Shown one piece after another: positions 29,868 to 40,849 of a stretch of 64,000 nucleotides of DNA (its first letter is position 1; each line of letters starts with the position of its first letter). The stretch is taken from NCBI GenBank assembly GCA_000004985.1, contig GG738892.1, one strand, 5' to 3'. This stretch comes from Naegleria gruberi. Taxonomy: Eukaryota. The translations under genes were made by a program, and so were the position numbers. A model generated the notes under the pieces. The model saw only the letters and a program-made list of their open reading frames with translations. It did no database searches and had not been told where the DNA came from.

Positions 29868-32800
29868 ATGGCACCAAAGAAGAAAGACAGCATTTCAAAG
29901 AGAAAGCTGTCACTTCCTGCTGCTTCTGCATCACCAATTGCTAGTAGCAGTGAAGGAACATTAGAATCACCACATTCGAATACATCAGATCTTTCTTTAA
30001 CACCACATTTAAACTTCCGATCATTATCAATAATAGAAAACGATGATCACCAATTAGTGTTGGAATCTCCAATGATGAATCACAACTTGAATTATGAAGA
30101 ATTAATTTCTCCCTCTTTGAATAACATTTCGAATACAACAAATATTGTAAATATTGTGAATAATACAATAGTCAGCACCACAACACCAATTACTACATCC
30201 TCCACTCCCACTACCACCACAACAACTATTACTACTACTAATATTTCTTCAACTCCTAACATTACAACAACTCCAAATCTTCACATTTCACAAATTCCAT
30301 CATCACTTGGTGAATTGCCGACTGATATTATTTATTATGTGATTGGTTTTCTGGATTTGAAAGATGTTTTGCATTTTCGTTTGAGTTTCAGATTGTTTCA
30401 TATTTTGGCTGAAAATGAATGGCAAAGATTTTATAAATCAGTTTGGCAGGTAGCCCATCGTTTGGTATTTTGGGATTTTAGTGATAATCATTCGAATAAT
30501 AATCATTTTTCTAAACGTGGAAGTATTATTGATTTTTCTAATAAGGGAATTTATTCAACTCATTCAATTTTGGAGTATAATAATCCATGGAAAGATTTAT
30601 TTATTGAAAGATTTAGAATAATTCATGAAAATACTTCACCTTCCAATAAGAAGAAACTTGGAATTTTCTCTCCCAGAAATACTTCAAGTGAGGATTACAT
30701 TGAAAAAGGATATAGACACGTGTATAGAAATGAATATACGAAAGCAATTCAATCATTTGAGAAAGCTATTTCATTAGATAGAGGTGGAAGTGCAAGAGCT
30801 TGGGAAGGTCTTGCAAAGATTTGTTGGCAAAGAGATTTACCTCAATATGTGATTGTTTATGCAGAAGAAGCTCTCAAATGCAAACCAGTCAATCCTGGTG
30901 AGCTGTTCTTTATTAGAGGAAAGGCGTTGATGAAATTACAGAGAATTGGAGAAGCTTTACCTGATCTCACAAAGGCTGTTTCATTGCTAACAATGTCACC
31001 AGTCAATTATCATTTATTTTTAAAAATTAGTGAAGTTTATTATGAGAGAATGATTTGTCACTTGGAACTTGGAAACATTCAACAAGCTTTTTCAGATGCA
31101 GAGACAATTATTACAACAGACAGGTGTTTTGAAACTGATTGTTTTTTCAAAGCTGCCAAGCTGCTATACGAAAAGCAACAATTTGAAGATGCTGAAAAGT
31201 TCATGAAGAGCCAATATGTGAAAAAGACCCCAGAATTTTATTTACTCTATTTACAAATAACAAGTGCAACTGGAAATTATGTAGAGTCACTGAAACATTT
31301 GAAATCCTTTGAGGAGTTGGAAGAGAAGAGGAAATCCAATACTTTTAACTATGCTCCAACAAAGATCAACAAGGAGTCAAATATTGATATTGGAATAGTA
31401 TTATTGATGAATAATTGTATCCATCAAGCTGTAGAGTACTTCTCAAAGGGAGCCCTTTTAAGGAGTGGCAACCATAATGAAACATCACCACCTACAATTG
31501 GAGTCAATGCTAATTCAGAGGATTACATGTTCAGCTCTTTGCTGCGAAGAAGCTCTCTTTCGTTCGCTTTCTCACCCAACAAGATTATTGATGAAGAGGC
31601 AACAAGAAGGGCAAAACTCAAAGTAATAGAGGCATCCACACGCCAAACTGTAGAATATTCCAACTATTTTGGCACGAGTAATATCAGCTCGTGTATAGAT
31701 ATTAACATGGCATGGAGCTTTTACTATTTATTGCTGGCTCTATTGTACTATTGTAGAAATACTGTTTCATTTAATATTTCAAAGAATAGGTGGTCGTCTT
31801 CATCGGCTGCCTTTTCACCTCGATCCACCACTTCTCAACTTCTCTCTTTGGAAGGGGAATATGCAGAAGCTACTGGATCAGCATCGAGGATGATCTTACT
31901 CATCAAGAGTCAGAAAAATCATGTCTATCAACAGAGAAAAATGTCTCTGAGATTTATCAACGAATATTTGGAGAATGATTTGAAAAATTCAATCACCAAC
32001 CTAACTAGATCTATAACTTTGAATCCAACGCTTTGTGAAGGATTCTATTATCGCTCCTTACTTAAATGTTTTTTACAGATTGATAATTATTTAGTGTCAA
32101 TTTGTTCCTCTCCATTATTTGGCTCTAGCTTGACGCAAACTGGAATTGTTTCCTTTCTGGTTGAAAAGTTCAAGAAGGCAAATACAAATACTGAAGCAAT
32201 CACTAGTGGATTCAAAAAGAATCACAAAAAGATGCATAAGGATATTTCGGATAAGATTAATATTGTCACCTCCATGAGAGAATCTCTCAACGATTGTGAT
32301 AATGCCTTCACTCTAATAACATTGGAATTTAAAATTAATGGGCTAGATGATATGGAAGAGATTGAATTCAAGTTGAATAACGATCCTTCACTGTTAGACA
32401 TTTCCAACAAATCGAAGAGGCACACAGAATTATTAATTGATATTTTGCTTTTGAGAACCTTTTTATTCTACTGTTTTGGTAAGAACGCTGAGGCCTTACA
32501 GTGTGCTAGGGTTGCATTATCTCTATGTGAAACCGCAGCCAAACTTTTTGGTTATTCTTCTGATCAGTTGAATGGAGTCCATAACCGTCATTCCTCTCCA
32601 ATCCTGTTACATCCCTCACCTAAACATTCAGATGCTGAGGCTTTTCTTCTCAATTCTAGTATTGAGAGGCAATCTCTGGCTTGTCAAGGATTGTTAGCAC
32701 TTCTGGAAGATTTTACTATTTTAAAGGAAAAACAACCACGTTTTCTCAATATGAAAAATGATAGTATTCAAAGAGGAGTGAATCAACTCATTATGAATTA

Positions 32801-32918
32801 TTTAACAGACACAGAGTATAGTCTCATCTCTCAAGAGTTAGATTTTCTATTAGTTATGATTCACTCACAATTATTACAGACAGAGGAGAATCAGTATAAC
32901 TTTACTCAAACTCAATAG
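29868..32918 (+). CDS. Large F-box / TPR-repeat protein
   Basis: An S/T/N-rich N-terminus, then the F-box LPTDIIYYVIGFLDLKDVLHFRLSFRLFHIL, then TPR-like helical repeats (AIQSFEKAISLD...AWEGLAKICW..., EALPDLTKAVSL...). Confidence 0.6.
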   Translation: MAPKKKDSISKRKLSLPAASASPIASSSEGTLESPHSNTSDLSLTPHLNFRSLSIIENDDHQLVLESPMMNHNLNYEELISPSLNNISNTTNIVNIVNNTIVSTTTPITTSSTPTTTTTTITTTNISSTPNITTTPNLHISQIPSSLGELPTDIIYYVIGFLDLKDVLHFRLSFRLFHILAENEWQRFYKSVWQVAHRLVFWDFSDNHSNNNHFSKRGSIIDFSNKGIYSTHSILEYNNPWKDLFIERFRIIHENTSPSNKKKLGIFSPRNTSSEDYIEKGYRHVYRNEYTKAIQSFEKAISLDRGGSARAWEGLAKICWQRDLPQYVIVYAEEALKCKPVNPGELFFIRGKALMKLQRIGEALPDLTKAVSLLTMSPVNYHLFLKISEVYYERMICHLELGNIQQAFSDAETIITTDRCFETDCFFKAAKLLYEKQQFEDAEKFMKSQYVKKTPEFYLLYLQITSATGNYVESLKHLKSFEELEEKRKSNTFNYAPTKINKESNIDIGIVLLMNNCIHQAVEYFSKGALLRSGNHNETSPPTIGVNANSEDYMFSSLLRRSSLSFAFSPNKIIDEEATRRAKLKVIEASTRQTVEYSNYFGTSNISSCIDINMAWSFYYLLLALLYYCRNTVSFNISKNRWSSSSAAFSPRSTTSQLLSLEGEYAEATGSASRMILLIKSQKNHVYQQRKMSLRFINEYLENDLKNSITNLTRSITLNPTLCEGFYYRSLLKCFLQIDNYLVSICSSPLFGSSLTQTGIVSFLVEKFKKANTNTEAITSGFKKNHKKMHKDISDKINIVTSMRESLNDCDNAFTLITLEFKINGLDDMEEIEFKLNNDPSLLDISNKSKRHTELLIDILLLRTFLFYCFGKNAEALQCARVALSLCETAAKLFGYSSDQLNGVHNRHSSPILLHPSPKHSDAEAFLLNSSIERQSLACQGLLALLEDFTILKEKQPRFLNMKNDSIQRGVNQLIMNYLTDTEYSLISQELDFLLVMIHSQLLQTEENQYNFTQTQ

Positions 32919-33502
32919 CTTGAACTCTACCTTAATTCGAAATACAGCAGCACCGTGTTGGTATATTAGGTAGATAATAATATGGATCAATCTCTTCCTG
33001 TTCCTTGTTTATATTGTAGGAATCTAGTAACTTCGAAATTACCACATGCTATATCGAAGAGATGTTACTTTTGGCAATTTTTGCAAATAATACACAGACT
33101 CATAACATAAATGATTATTTCTCACGTTCAGCTCTGTTAAATGTAGTTCACTAATATGTTTCGCTCCAATACTAGTTAGGGAGTTCCAACTACAGTCCAG
33201 ATATTCTAGCAGAGGAAATGCCTTACAAATTTGCTCACATTATCTTTGGTATAACCAAAGGTAATTGAGAGATGTTTCAATTTTATCAAACCTGTGGAAG
33301 AATGCTTCAGTTTTGTCAAAGCTGTAAGATATATTCTAAATGTTGGACAACAATGATCACTAATCCTTGCTACTATTTTATAATGAGTGTGCCCAGTCTT
33401 CAACTTCAGTCGATTTTTTAATTGGAGATGACGCAGATTATCAGCCCAAATCATCTCCCTCCAAAAGTAAGTAAGGAATCAATGAAAATCTTATGAAAAA
33501 AA

Positions 33503-34844
33503 ATGACGCAGAGGTTCTATGCGAATACAACTCGTTTTGTTCCTCGACCCGAGAAGAAGGGACGTAATCTTCGTCAAATTGAAGAACAATTTCGTATTTT
33601 GGATGAGAAGGAGAAAAAATTGAGGGAAAAGTTTGTTGAGGAAGAAGAGAAGGACACAAATTCAAGTTTGAATACGAGTGCTTTTAATTCTAGTATTTTA
33701 TCAGCAGCTAATGAATCTCTTAATCAGAGTTCAAACACTGTTGAGGGAATTGATAATACATTTATCATGACCTTTGAAAAGAGAGCAAAAAGCACTAACA
33801 GCCATCATAACCCTTTCCGATCAGTTCCTCCCAAACCAAAACCACCAAAGCTGATTGTTGTGCCAAACACTACAACACAATTTAGATCATCTCTTCATCT
33901 TAAACAAACAGCAAGAAAACGATCACAACCAAATATTCTCACCCAAAGCACTCCAAACAATACAAGCTATTACTCTGAAGCGGAAACAGAAGAGGAAATC
34001 AACATTCAAGATCGTACTACATTGGACAATGAAGAAGAAACTGAAGAGAAGGAAATTGCTGAGGAGCTTCCAACAATATTTACATTATCCTCTGGAATGG
34101 ATCCAAAAGTAACTGAGATTTTCTCCTTTGAGGTGAGAGTCCACCAACTAGCAGAACATCCAAATGGTTTGTTTGATGTAAAGGTTTATGACGAATCCAA
34201 GCCATTCGAAAGAGTATTTATCTTGAAAGATTTGAGAATTAATAGAGATTGCTATATTATTTTCCATGAACCAAGTTTTATCAAATTCAATGCTCTTACC
34301 CTTCCTTGGGTTGAAAGGCCAGAGAATCTGGTGAATCACACGTAAGTAGTTATTCTTATATGTTTTATTAATTAAGTGGAACAGAATTGTAGTTGAGGTG
34401 CAAGGAACCTATCCAACGAAAACAAAGATTGCAAAGAGCACCATCAAATTCTCTCACAAACAATCACCAGTTTCCGATTTCCTTAACAGAAGCAAAAGAT
34501 CCATTACTCCTCCCGAATCTAAAACAATGTCACCATCCAGGTCAACACCAAAAGTTCTCAATCTTTCATTCAATAATACTCTTCCATTCACCACAACCCC
34601 ATCCGTACCAAAAGAGAATGATCTTCAAAGAAGTTTGAGTTGCATTCCAGTTACAAGTCTATCCCTTAAAATACAGACACCAGCTGTTCCTATCGAAGAA
34701 GATATGATACAAAGACACAAACTTGAGAGATCCAACTCTATCGATTCTCAGCTTTCCCCAAGTTCTCAAAAATACAGGCAATTACAGGCACTCAGAGAGA
34801 ACATGAAACTCAATTTAATGCTTCAACAAAAATTGCTTAGTTAA
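33503..34844 (+). CDS. Hypothetical low-complexity protein, probably two or three exons (33503..34342 plus 343xx..34844)
   Basis: ORF 33503..34345 ends at a GTAAGT donor. The downstream ORF 34398..34844 can be joined through a very short intron (acceptor aattaag at ~34376). A possible alternative 5' exon exists at 33424..33462 (see findings). Confidence 0.4.
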
Positions 34845-35416
34845 TTCTTTTACTCAAGAGATAAGACGAGAAGGGAAATGGAATATCATTGATTTGGAAT
34901 ACTATTAAAGCATGAATATGGGCATGATACTAGTTACATCATTACGAGTTGTGTGAAACGAACTCTATCCTCCATGTATCAAAGATGTACCAGTAATATC
35001 TATTGAACAGAATGCAAAGTGTCTATTTGTTTGGATAATACACCAGCCGCAACCAACGAATGATGCAAGATAATCATAAAAAATATTCACAACTGTCTTT
35101 GACCATTGCTGTTTAAGGATCCTGATGTTAGATCTTGACAAAATCTGAATACTGCTTTTCTTTAACATTGTTACTCCCGTTATTCAACTTATTACATATC
35201 TCTCAATAGCGACATAAACTGAAATCTTGTGCTAGGGCTGAAACTTTTTCCTTCTAACAATTCAAAAGCCATCAAAAGGAGAGAGAACATAAAATTCATA
35301 CTGTCAAAAAAACAGAAAAAAACGAGTAAGAAAAACCGCTGTTCATCTACAGCAACAACAGCCTCAACAAGAATAACAAGAAGCCTCAACAACTTTGGAA
35401 AATAATTTTAATACTG

Positions 35417-38200
35417 ATGGGAGCAGCATTATCTTCTCCCTGCGCTATAAAACTTGATCGAGTGGATGAACCATCTCCTGTTTCATCATATCCGGGAGGA
35501 GGAAGTACTTCATCATTAAATCAAAAGACAAAAGAAAGAGAAAGATCTTCATCAAAAACTGAACAACGAGTTGTAAAAGACAATTCAGCTAATGAAGCCG
35601 CCTTATCTAAAAAACAAAATGATTTTGAAAAAAGTCCCTCTTCAGGTAAGAATGGCAACAGTTCTACTACTCCTCAAAAAAGACCTCCTAAAATTGTTGT
35701 CGCTCATTCTGAAACCCTAAGCACTGCAGAAGTTGATGGTGCTAGTAAGGTTTCAATGGAAACAACAAGTAACTCCCCTAATGAAGCCAAATCTTCAACC
35801 TCTCTTCCAAGCAGTGTATACAATGTTCAATTCCACCAATCACCAAGTAATAGGAGTTCAAAATCAGAACAAGTTGCTTTTAGTGAGGCAAACAATAGTA
35901 TTCAGCCACAACAACAACTGAATCCGATAGTAGTTCAACAAGGTAGTAATCCACTTCCAATACCAAGTCAAACACTTCCAGTGAGGTCCCCAAAGAATTA
36001 TGAGTTGAGGTCTGGCTCAACAGAAGACCCTCCAACCTTACAACCTCTAAGGAGATTTCAATCGCCTACTAATAGTTCCTATGAAAACAAACCAACCTTT
36101 AACTCCCCTTCTACCCCTGTAAACCTTCAATCACCAACAAGAACTCCAGCATCCACTTCAAGAAATAGGCCTCATTATCTCAGTAAAATATCCTCACCAC
36201 CAACAAGAGGAAACTCTCCCACCTCAATGCTTAGCTCTTTAAGACAATCTAGAGACCAAAAGAGTAACAGTGATAGTAGTGTATATGATGTTTCCTCTTC
36301 TTTCACTTTAAGTGAGAGCACTGAATTGGCAGTAACCCCAACCCCAAGTTCAAAGAAATCATTGTCCTCATCATCTGTTTCAGAAAGTCATCCCTATTCT
36401 TTGAAACAAAAATCATCCTCCTCCGCTTCTATATCTACAAATGTCAATAATAATGTCAAAAATATGAAATCACAAATTGAAGAATCTGTAATGAAATTTA
36501 ATGCCTCCATAGGCACAGACAGTAAGAGAATTTTACCAAAAAGAAGACACTCACTTCTTGCTTCTGGGAGAAACTCACCCAGTTTGCTTAATGAGCTGAA
36601 ACAAAATGAAAAATCAGATTCAACTTGCTCACCTTCAACAGTTTATAACCCAAGCATTCCGATAGGTCAGAGCAATATTGAAAAAATCCAACAGGAACGA
36701 AGATTTTCAGACTTTGTAACTCCACTCACCAAAAAACGAAGCGCATTTAATCAGGCAACTAAACCTGTAAACAATTCTAAGAATTCAAGAAATAGATTGA
36801 GAGCCTCAGTAGAAAATCCAGCAACTTTGACTCCTGTTAGGGCTCCAGCTAGAAGAAGAATGAGTATTTCAGTTTCTCCTCAGCATAAGGTTGAAATGAC
36901 TACAACTGCCCAAGTTGGTAGAGATCAACACGGAAGAAAGATAATCAACCAATACACAATCATCAAAAAGTTAGGTAAGGGATCTTATGGATCAGTAAAG
37001 CTCGGTAAAAATGAACAGACAGGACAATTGGCTGCCATTAAGGTTATTAACCGATCTCTTCTCAATAATATTAAGAAGAAATGGAGTGCTCCTGGACAAC
37101 AACAAAATAATCAAATCAGTAAGATTAAGTTGGAAATTGCCATTCTTAAGAATCTGGATCACCCTAATATTGTTCGTTTGCTCGAGGTGATTGATGATCC
37201 AATGAATGACAAGATTTGCCTTGTTTTCGAATTTATTGATGGTGGCGAATTGATGAAACTTAATGATGATGGTGTTCTTGTTGATGGAAAACCATTCACA
37301 GAAGATGAAGCAAGATACTATTTCAGACAAATGCTAAACAGTTTAGAATATTTACACTTCAACAGAGTTGTACATAGAGATATCAAACCTTCTAATATTC
37401 TTTTAACTAAGACTAGGGATGTAAAATTATCTGACTTTGGTGTCAGTAAATTATTGGCAGAGGACGAAGAGGATACACTTGATGACTCTCAAGGAACTCC
37501 TGCTTTTTTGCCTCCTGAAGCATGCTACAAAGGTAAAATACAAGGTAAACCAGCCGATATTTGGGCACTAGGGATTACATTATATTGTATGGTGGTGGGA
37601 CAAGTTCCTTTCCGTTCTGACGAACCTGGAGCATCCAAGCTTCTCTATCTGTACTATGTTATTCAACATGAAGATCCACAAATACCTGAAAATCTGAGTC
37701 CAGAATTGAAGGATATCATAACTAGGATGTTGGATAAAAACGCAAAATCAAGAATTACAATGGATGATCTTCAAGAGCACCCTTGGGTTACTAAGGATGA
37801 AGAGTCCTTCATAGAAGAGCCACAAAAGACATTGTCAGAATTATATCCAGATTTCTCTTCACCAAATATTCAATACTTGGAATCCAGAAGAAAATCTGCA
37901 ATTCCAACAAACAGAACCTATGTACACCACGCTCAACTCAGAAAGATGCACAGTACAAGAAAGGTTGTTGTTGATTCTGAAGATATCGACAATGCCATTA
38001 AAGAAAAAGAATACGACCCAAATACTCCTAAGAAAACCAGTTTCAAGAAGGAACATCACCATAACCACAATGCATCAATTGAAAAGATTTCCCTTGTAAG
38101 AAACAGAAGCTCGTGTAAAATTTTGGTTTCACAAGAACCATCTAAACAGGAAGTTAGGACTTCCATTCCAACAATTGAGATAAATTCCAAAACAGAATAA
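35417..38200 (+). CDS. Ca2+/calmodulin-dependent protein kinase kinase (CaMKK)-like Ser/Thr kinase with a long S/T/N-rich N-terminal region
   Basis: Kinase domain LGKGSYGSVKL...AIK, HRDIKPSNILL, DFGVS, GTPAFLPPE. It has the CaMKK-type insert between subdomains II and III and is collinear with CaMKK1/2 (ILKNLDHPNIVRLLEVIDDP). Confidence 0.8.
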   Translation: MGAALSSPCAIKLDRVDEPSPVSSYPGGGSTSSLNQKTKERERSSSKTEQRVVKDNSANEAALSKKQNDFEKSPSSGKNGNSSTTPQKRPPKIVVAHSETLSTAEVDGASKVSMETTSNSPNEAKSSTSLPSSVYNVQFHQSPSNRSSKSEQVAFSEANNSIQPQQQLNPIVVQQGSNPLPIPSQTLPVRSPKNYELRSGSTEDPPTLQPLRRFQSPTNSSYENKPTFNSPSTPVNLQSPTRTPASTSRNRPHYLSKISSPPTRGNSPTSMLSSLRQSRDQKSNSDSSVYDVSSSFTLSESTELAVTPTPSSKKSLSSSSVSESHPYSLKQKSSSSASISTNVNNNVKNMKSQIEESVMKFNASIGTDSKRILPKRRHSLLASGRNSPSLLNELKQNEKSDSTCSPSTVYNPSIPIGQSNIEKIQQERRFSDFVTPLTKKRSAFNQATKPVNNSKNSRNRLRASVENPATLTPVRAPARRRMSISVSPQHKVEMTTTAQVGRDQHGRKIINQYTIIKKLGKGSYGSVKLGKNEQTGQLAAIKVINRSLLNNIKKKWSAPGQQQNNQISKIKLEIAILKNLDHPNIVRLLEVIDDPMNDKICLVFEFIDGGELMKLNDDGVLVDGKPFTEDEARYYFRQMLNSLEYLHFNRVVHRDIKPSNILLTKTRDVKLSDFGVSKLLAEDEEDTLDDSQGTPAFLPPEACYKGKIQGKPADIWALGITLYCMVVGQVPFRSDEPGASKLLYLYYVIQHEDPQIPENLSPELKDIITRMLDKNAKSRITMDDLQEHPWVTKDEESFIEEPQKTLSELYPDFSSPNIQYLESRRKSAIPTNRTYVHHAQLRKMHSTRKVVVDSEDIDNAIKEKEYDPNTPKKTSFKKEHHHNHNASIEKISLVRNRSSCKILVSQEPSKQEVRTSIPTIEINSKTE

Positions 38201-38466
38201 ACTCCCTTAGAAATGTCATCAAGGTTTGTATTTGAAAATAACTATCCAGTGACATGATTCTAAAATCACTAAAAATGGGAAAATCCTTAAAAGCTAACTA
38301 AGCTCAAATTGTAAACCTACACATTCTTGATTCTTTTGAAGAGGAATGGTACAATAAACCAACTTATCAGCAAACTCAATATAACAATCAATATCAAATG
38401 AAGAGCTCCATATGGTAATATTCCAAATTGCAATTCTTCCAAGACTGTTTCGAATAAATCACAATT

Positions 38467-39084
38467 TCAATATCTCACAAACTTACCAATATTATAGTAG
38501 ATAAGAGAATTGGTATTATCAATAGTTGAAGGTGCCTCCACCTTGGCACTCACTAAAGCAAATCTATTCAGTAACTTTCCATCCTCACCATCCAATTTAA
38601 ACATTATCTTCTCAATATTCAATAATTTCCTCGAATGTTTGGAAGGTTTACTCATTTTGATTCTATTTTCCAATTCTTCCTCCGAGAGTATATCAATAGA
38701 AAAGACAGCAGGAGTATAAGAAGGATAACTAATTCTCAATTCATATTGAGTATGTGGCTTCATGTTCACCAATTTATAAATCCTAACACTTGATTTCTGT
38801 TCCGATACTTTTTCATCATAGAAAGGGGTTGGTCGAATTGATTCGGAAATGAATTCTCTCCCTGGTTGAAGCAATACTATTCTTCTTCCCTCTTCACCAC
38901 CAATATCTACATTATTAAATTCATCATGACTTTTAGCCTCCACTAAAAAGTTCATCATCATTACTCCAATCATGAATCCAATCAATATTAACACAATATG
39001 CTGCTTCCGAGAACTATTAGTCATTCGATTACGATCATCACAAAATAGACCAATCAAAGTCTTCTTCCTCTGCTGTTCAATCAT
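38467..39084 (-). CDS. Hypothetical secreted or ER-lumenal protein; a signal peptide is present if translation starts at the internal Met near 39024
   Basis: MTNSSRKQHIVLILIGFMIGVMMMNFLVEA/KSHDE looks like a signal peptide or signal anchor. The remaining ~170 aa are unrecognised. Confidence 0.4.
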   Translation of the reverse strand: MIEQQRKKTLIGLFCDDRNRMTNSSRKQHIVLILIGFMIGVMMMNFLVEAKSHDEFNNVDIGGEEGRRIVLLQPGREFISESIRPTPFYDEKVSEQKSSVRIYKLVNMKPHTQYELRISYPSYTPAVFSIDILSEEELENRIKMSKPSKHSRKLLNIEKIMFKLDGEDGKLLNRFALVSAKVEAPSTIDNTNSLIYYNIGKFVRY

Positions 39085-39128
39085 TTTTCTCTATTATTAA
39101 ATTTGCAAAGAGAGAAAAACAAGAAAAA

Positions 39129-39281
39129 ATGTCCAGGTTTTTGGCTTTTGTGTTTGGTCTCGGCGTTGGAGCCTACATTGGAGATCGTTATGATATTAAG
39201 CAATTATATGCCAAGATTGGAGATCCAGAGAAGGCTATTGAATATTTGAAGGAGGAGGAACAGAAATATAGAAAAAAGTAA
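39129..39281 (+). CDS. Small (50 aa) single-transmembrane protein, possibly a mitochondrial inner-membrane small subunit (Mic10 or ATP synthase subunit e-like)
   Basis: MSRFLAFVFGLGVGAYIGDRYDIKQLYAKIGDPEKAIEYLKEEEQKYRKK. A GxGxGxxxG glycine-zipper transmembrane helix is followed by a charged helix. It is absent from the ORF track because it is shorter than 60 aa. The assignment is tentative. Confidence 0.4.
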   Translation: MSRFLAFVFGLGVGAYIGDRYDIKQLYAKIGDPEKAIEYLKEEEQKYRKK

Positions 39282-39511
39282 TTCAGCAACCACTACTGAT
39301 CAATTTATATTATCTTGTATAAATATTATTAATTTATGATGGAAATAGGATTTTTTAAAACAATTAATCCATCAATGTTGAATCTTTTTATTAAATCTCT
39401 AATTTATTATTAATTTGATGATTGTAAAATCTTTTCTTCTCTTAACTGGAAATTTAATTGTAGCGCCTTTTCATCAAGCTAAATTTATTAATCAATTCAA
39501 ATAAGAAAAAA

Positions 39512-40801
39512 ATGCTTCAACAACATCAAATGTTCAACGTGTATGCATCATCGGAAGAGGATGAATATATCATGGATGTGGAAGATTTTGCTCCATCAGT
39601 GATCGAAAAATTGAAGGCTAAAAAACTAAATATTAAAAGTTTAAAAACAATGAAACTCTCCGAACTGGCAAATTATATTGAAGAACCTTTTGAAGTTTGT
39701 GCTAATATATTAAAATATGTAAAGGGAGAAAATTCATTCATGAAAAACAAATTACTGCAAGGAAAGATTTCTTCTCCAATGAAACCACAACAAGGTCTTG
39801 TAAATAATATTTCACTAACTCAGGTTGGATCACATTCTACTTTGGCAAGATTGGAACAAGAATCAACTCCATCGAGATTTATTAAAACATTTTGTAAAGA
39901 TTTGGATGATGCTCTTGGTGGATTCGGAATCAAAACTGGAATAATTACAGATATTTGTGGTGTTCCTGGAGTTGGTAAAACTCAATGTGTAATGCAATTG
40001 GCAGTTGATGTTCAAATGCCTAGCGTATTTGAAGGTATTGATGGAGAGTGTATATATATTGATACTGAAGGAAGTTTTACAATTGAGAGAACTAAAGAGA
40101 TTGGTGAAGCATTTATTACTCACTTGAATGGTATAGCCTCCAAGAGAGGAGATACTGATCTTACTAAAAAAGATGAGATGATGGAAGTATTGAACAATTT
40201 TACAATTGAAAAGATTTTGAGTAGTATTTATTATTATAGAGTAATGTCGATTTGGGAATTAACAGGTTTATTGTTAGTTCTTCCAGAATTCCTCAAATCA
40301 CATACAAAAGTCAAGCTAATTGTTGTAGATAGTATTGCATTCCATTTGAGAAAGAGTAGCTCTGATGATACAAAAGACTCGTTGAAGAAATCAATTGCAC
40401 AATCCCTAAGTGATATGGCCAAAACATTTGATTTGGCTGTCGTGACAACAAATCAAGTTACTACCAAATTTGCCCAGCAACAAGGTGATTTTTCCAATAA
40501 GAAGATTGCCTATGTTGCTCCTGCCTTAAATCACTTATGGGTCAACCAAGTGACAACTAGTATTTTCATGGAATTTGTTGGCTCAGGAAGATTTGCCAGA
40601 CTTGTAAAAGGATATTTTGGAAAGGATGTTTCAATTCCATTCAGAATTACACCAGCAGGTTTTAGAGGCTTACCTCCTCAACCAAAAACCATTGCAGATG
40701 AAGTCAATGCATCAGAAGAACCTTCTGCTTCACGACAAAATCTTAGTAGCACTGATTACTCACTGGAAACTGATGCCAACAATAAGAGAAAGAGAAAATA
40801 A
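39512..40801 (+). CDS. RAD51C: RAD51 paralogue, best matching RAD51C
   Basis: Matches to RAD51C: Walker A [24 protein letters not shown] matches [35 protein letters not shown] matches NILSHIYYFRC; Walker B [15 protein letters not shown] matches KVRLIVVDGIAFPFR. Confidence 0.8.
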   Translation: [429 protein letters not shown]

Positions 40802-40849
40802 TTGTATTTAAATGTAAATAGCTTAATTGTACAGTGCAGTTTTTTATTT

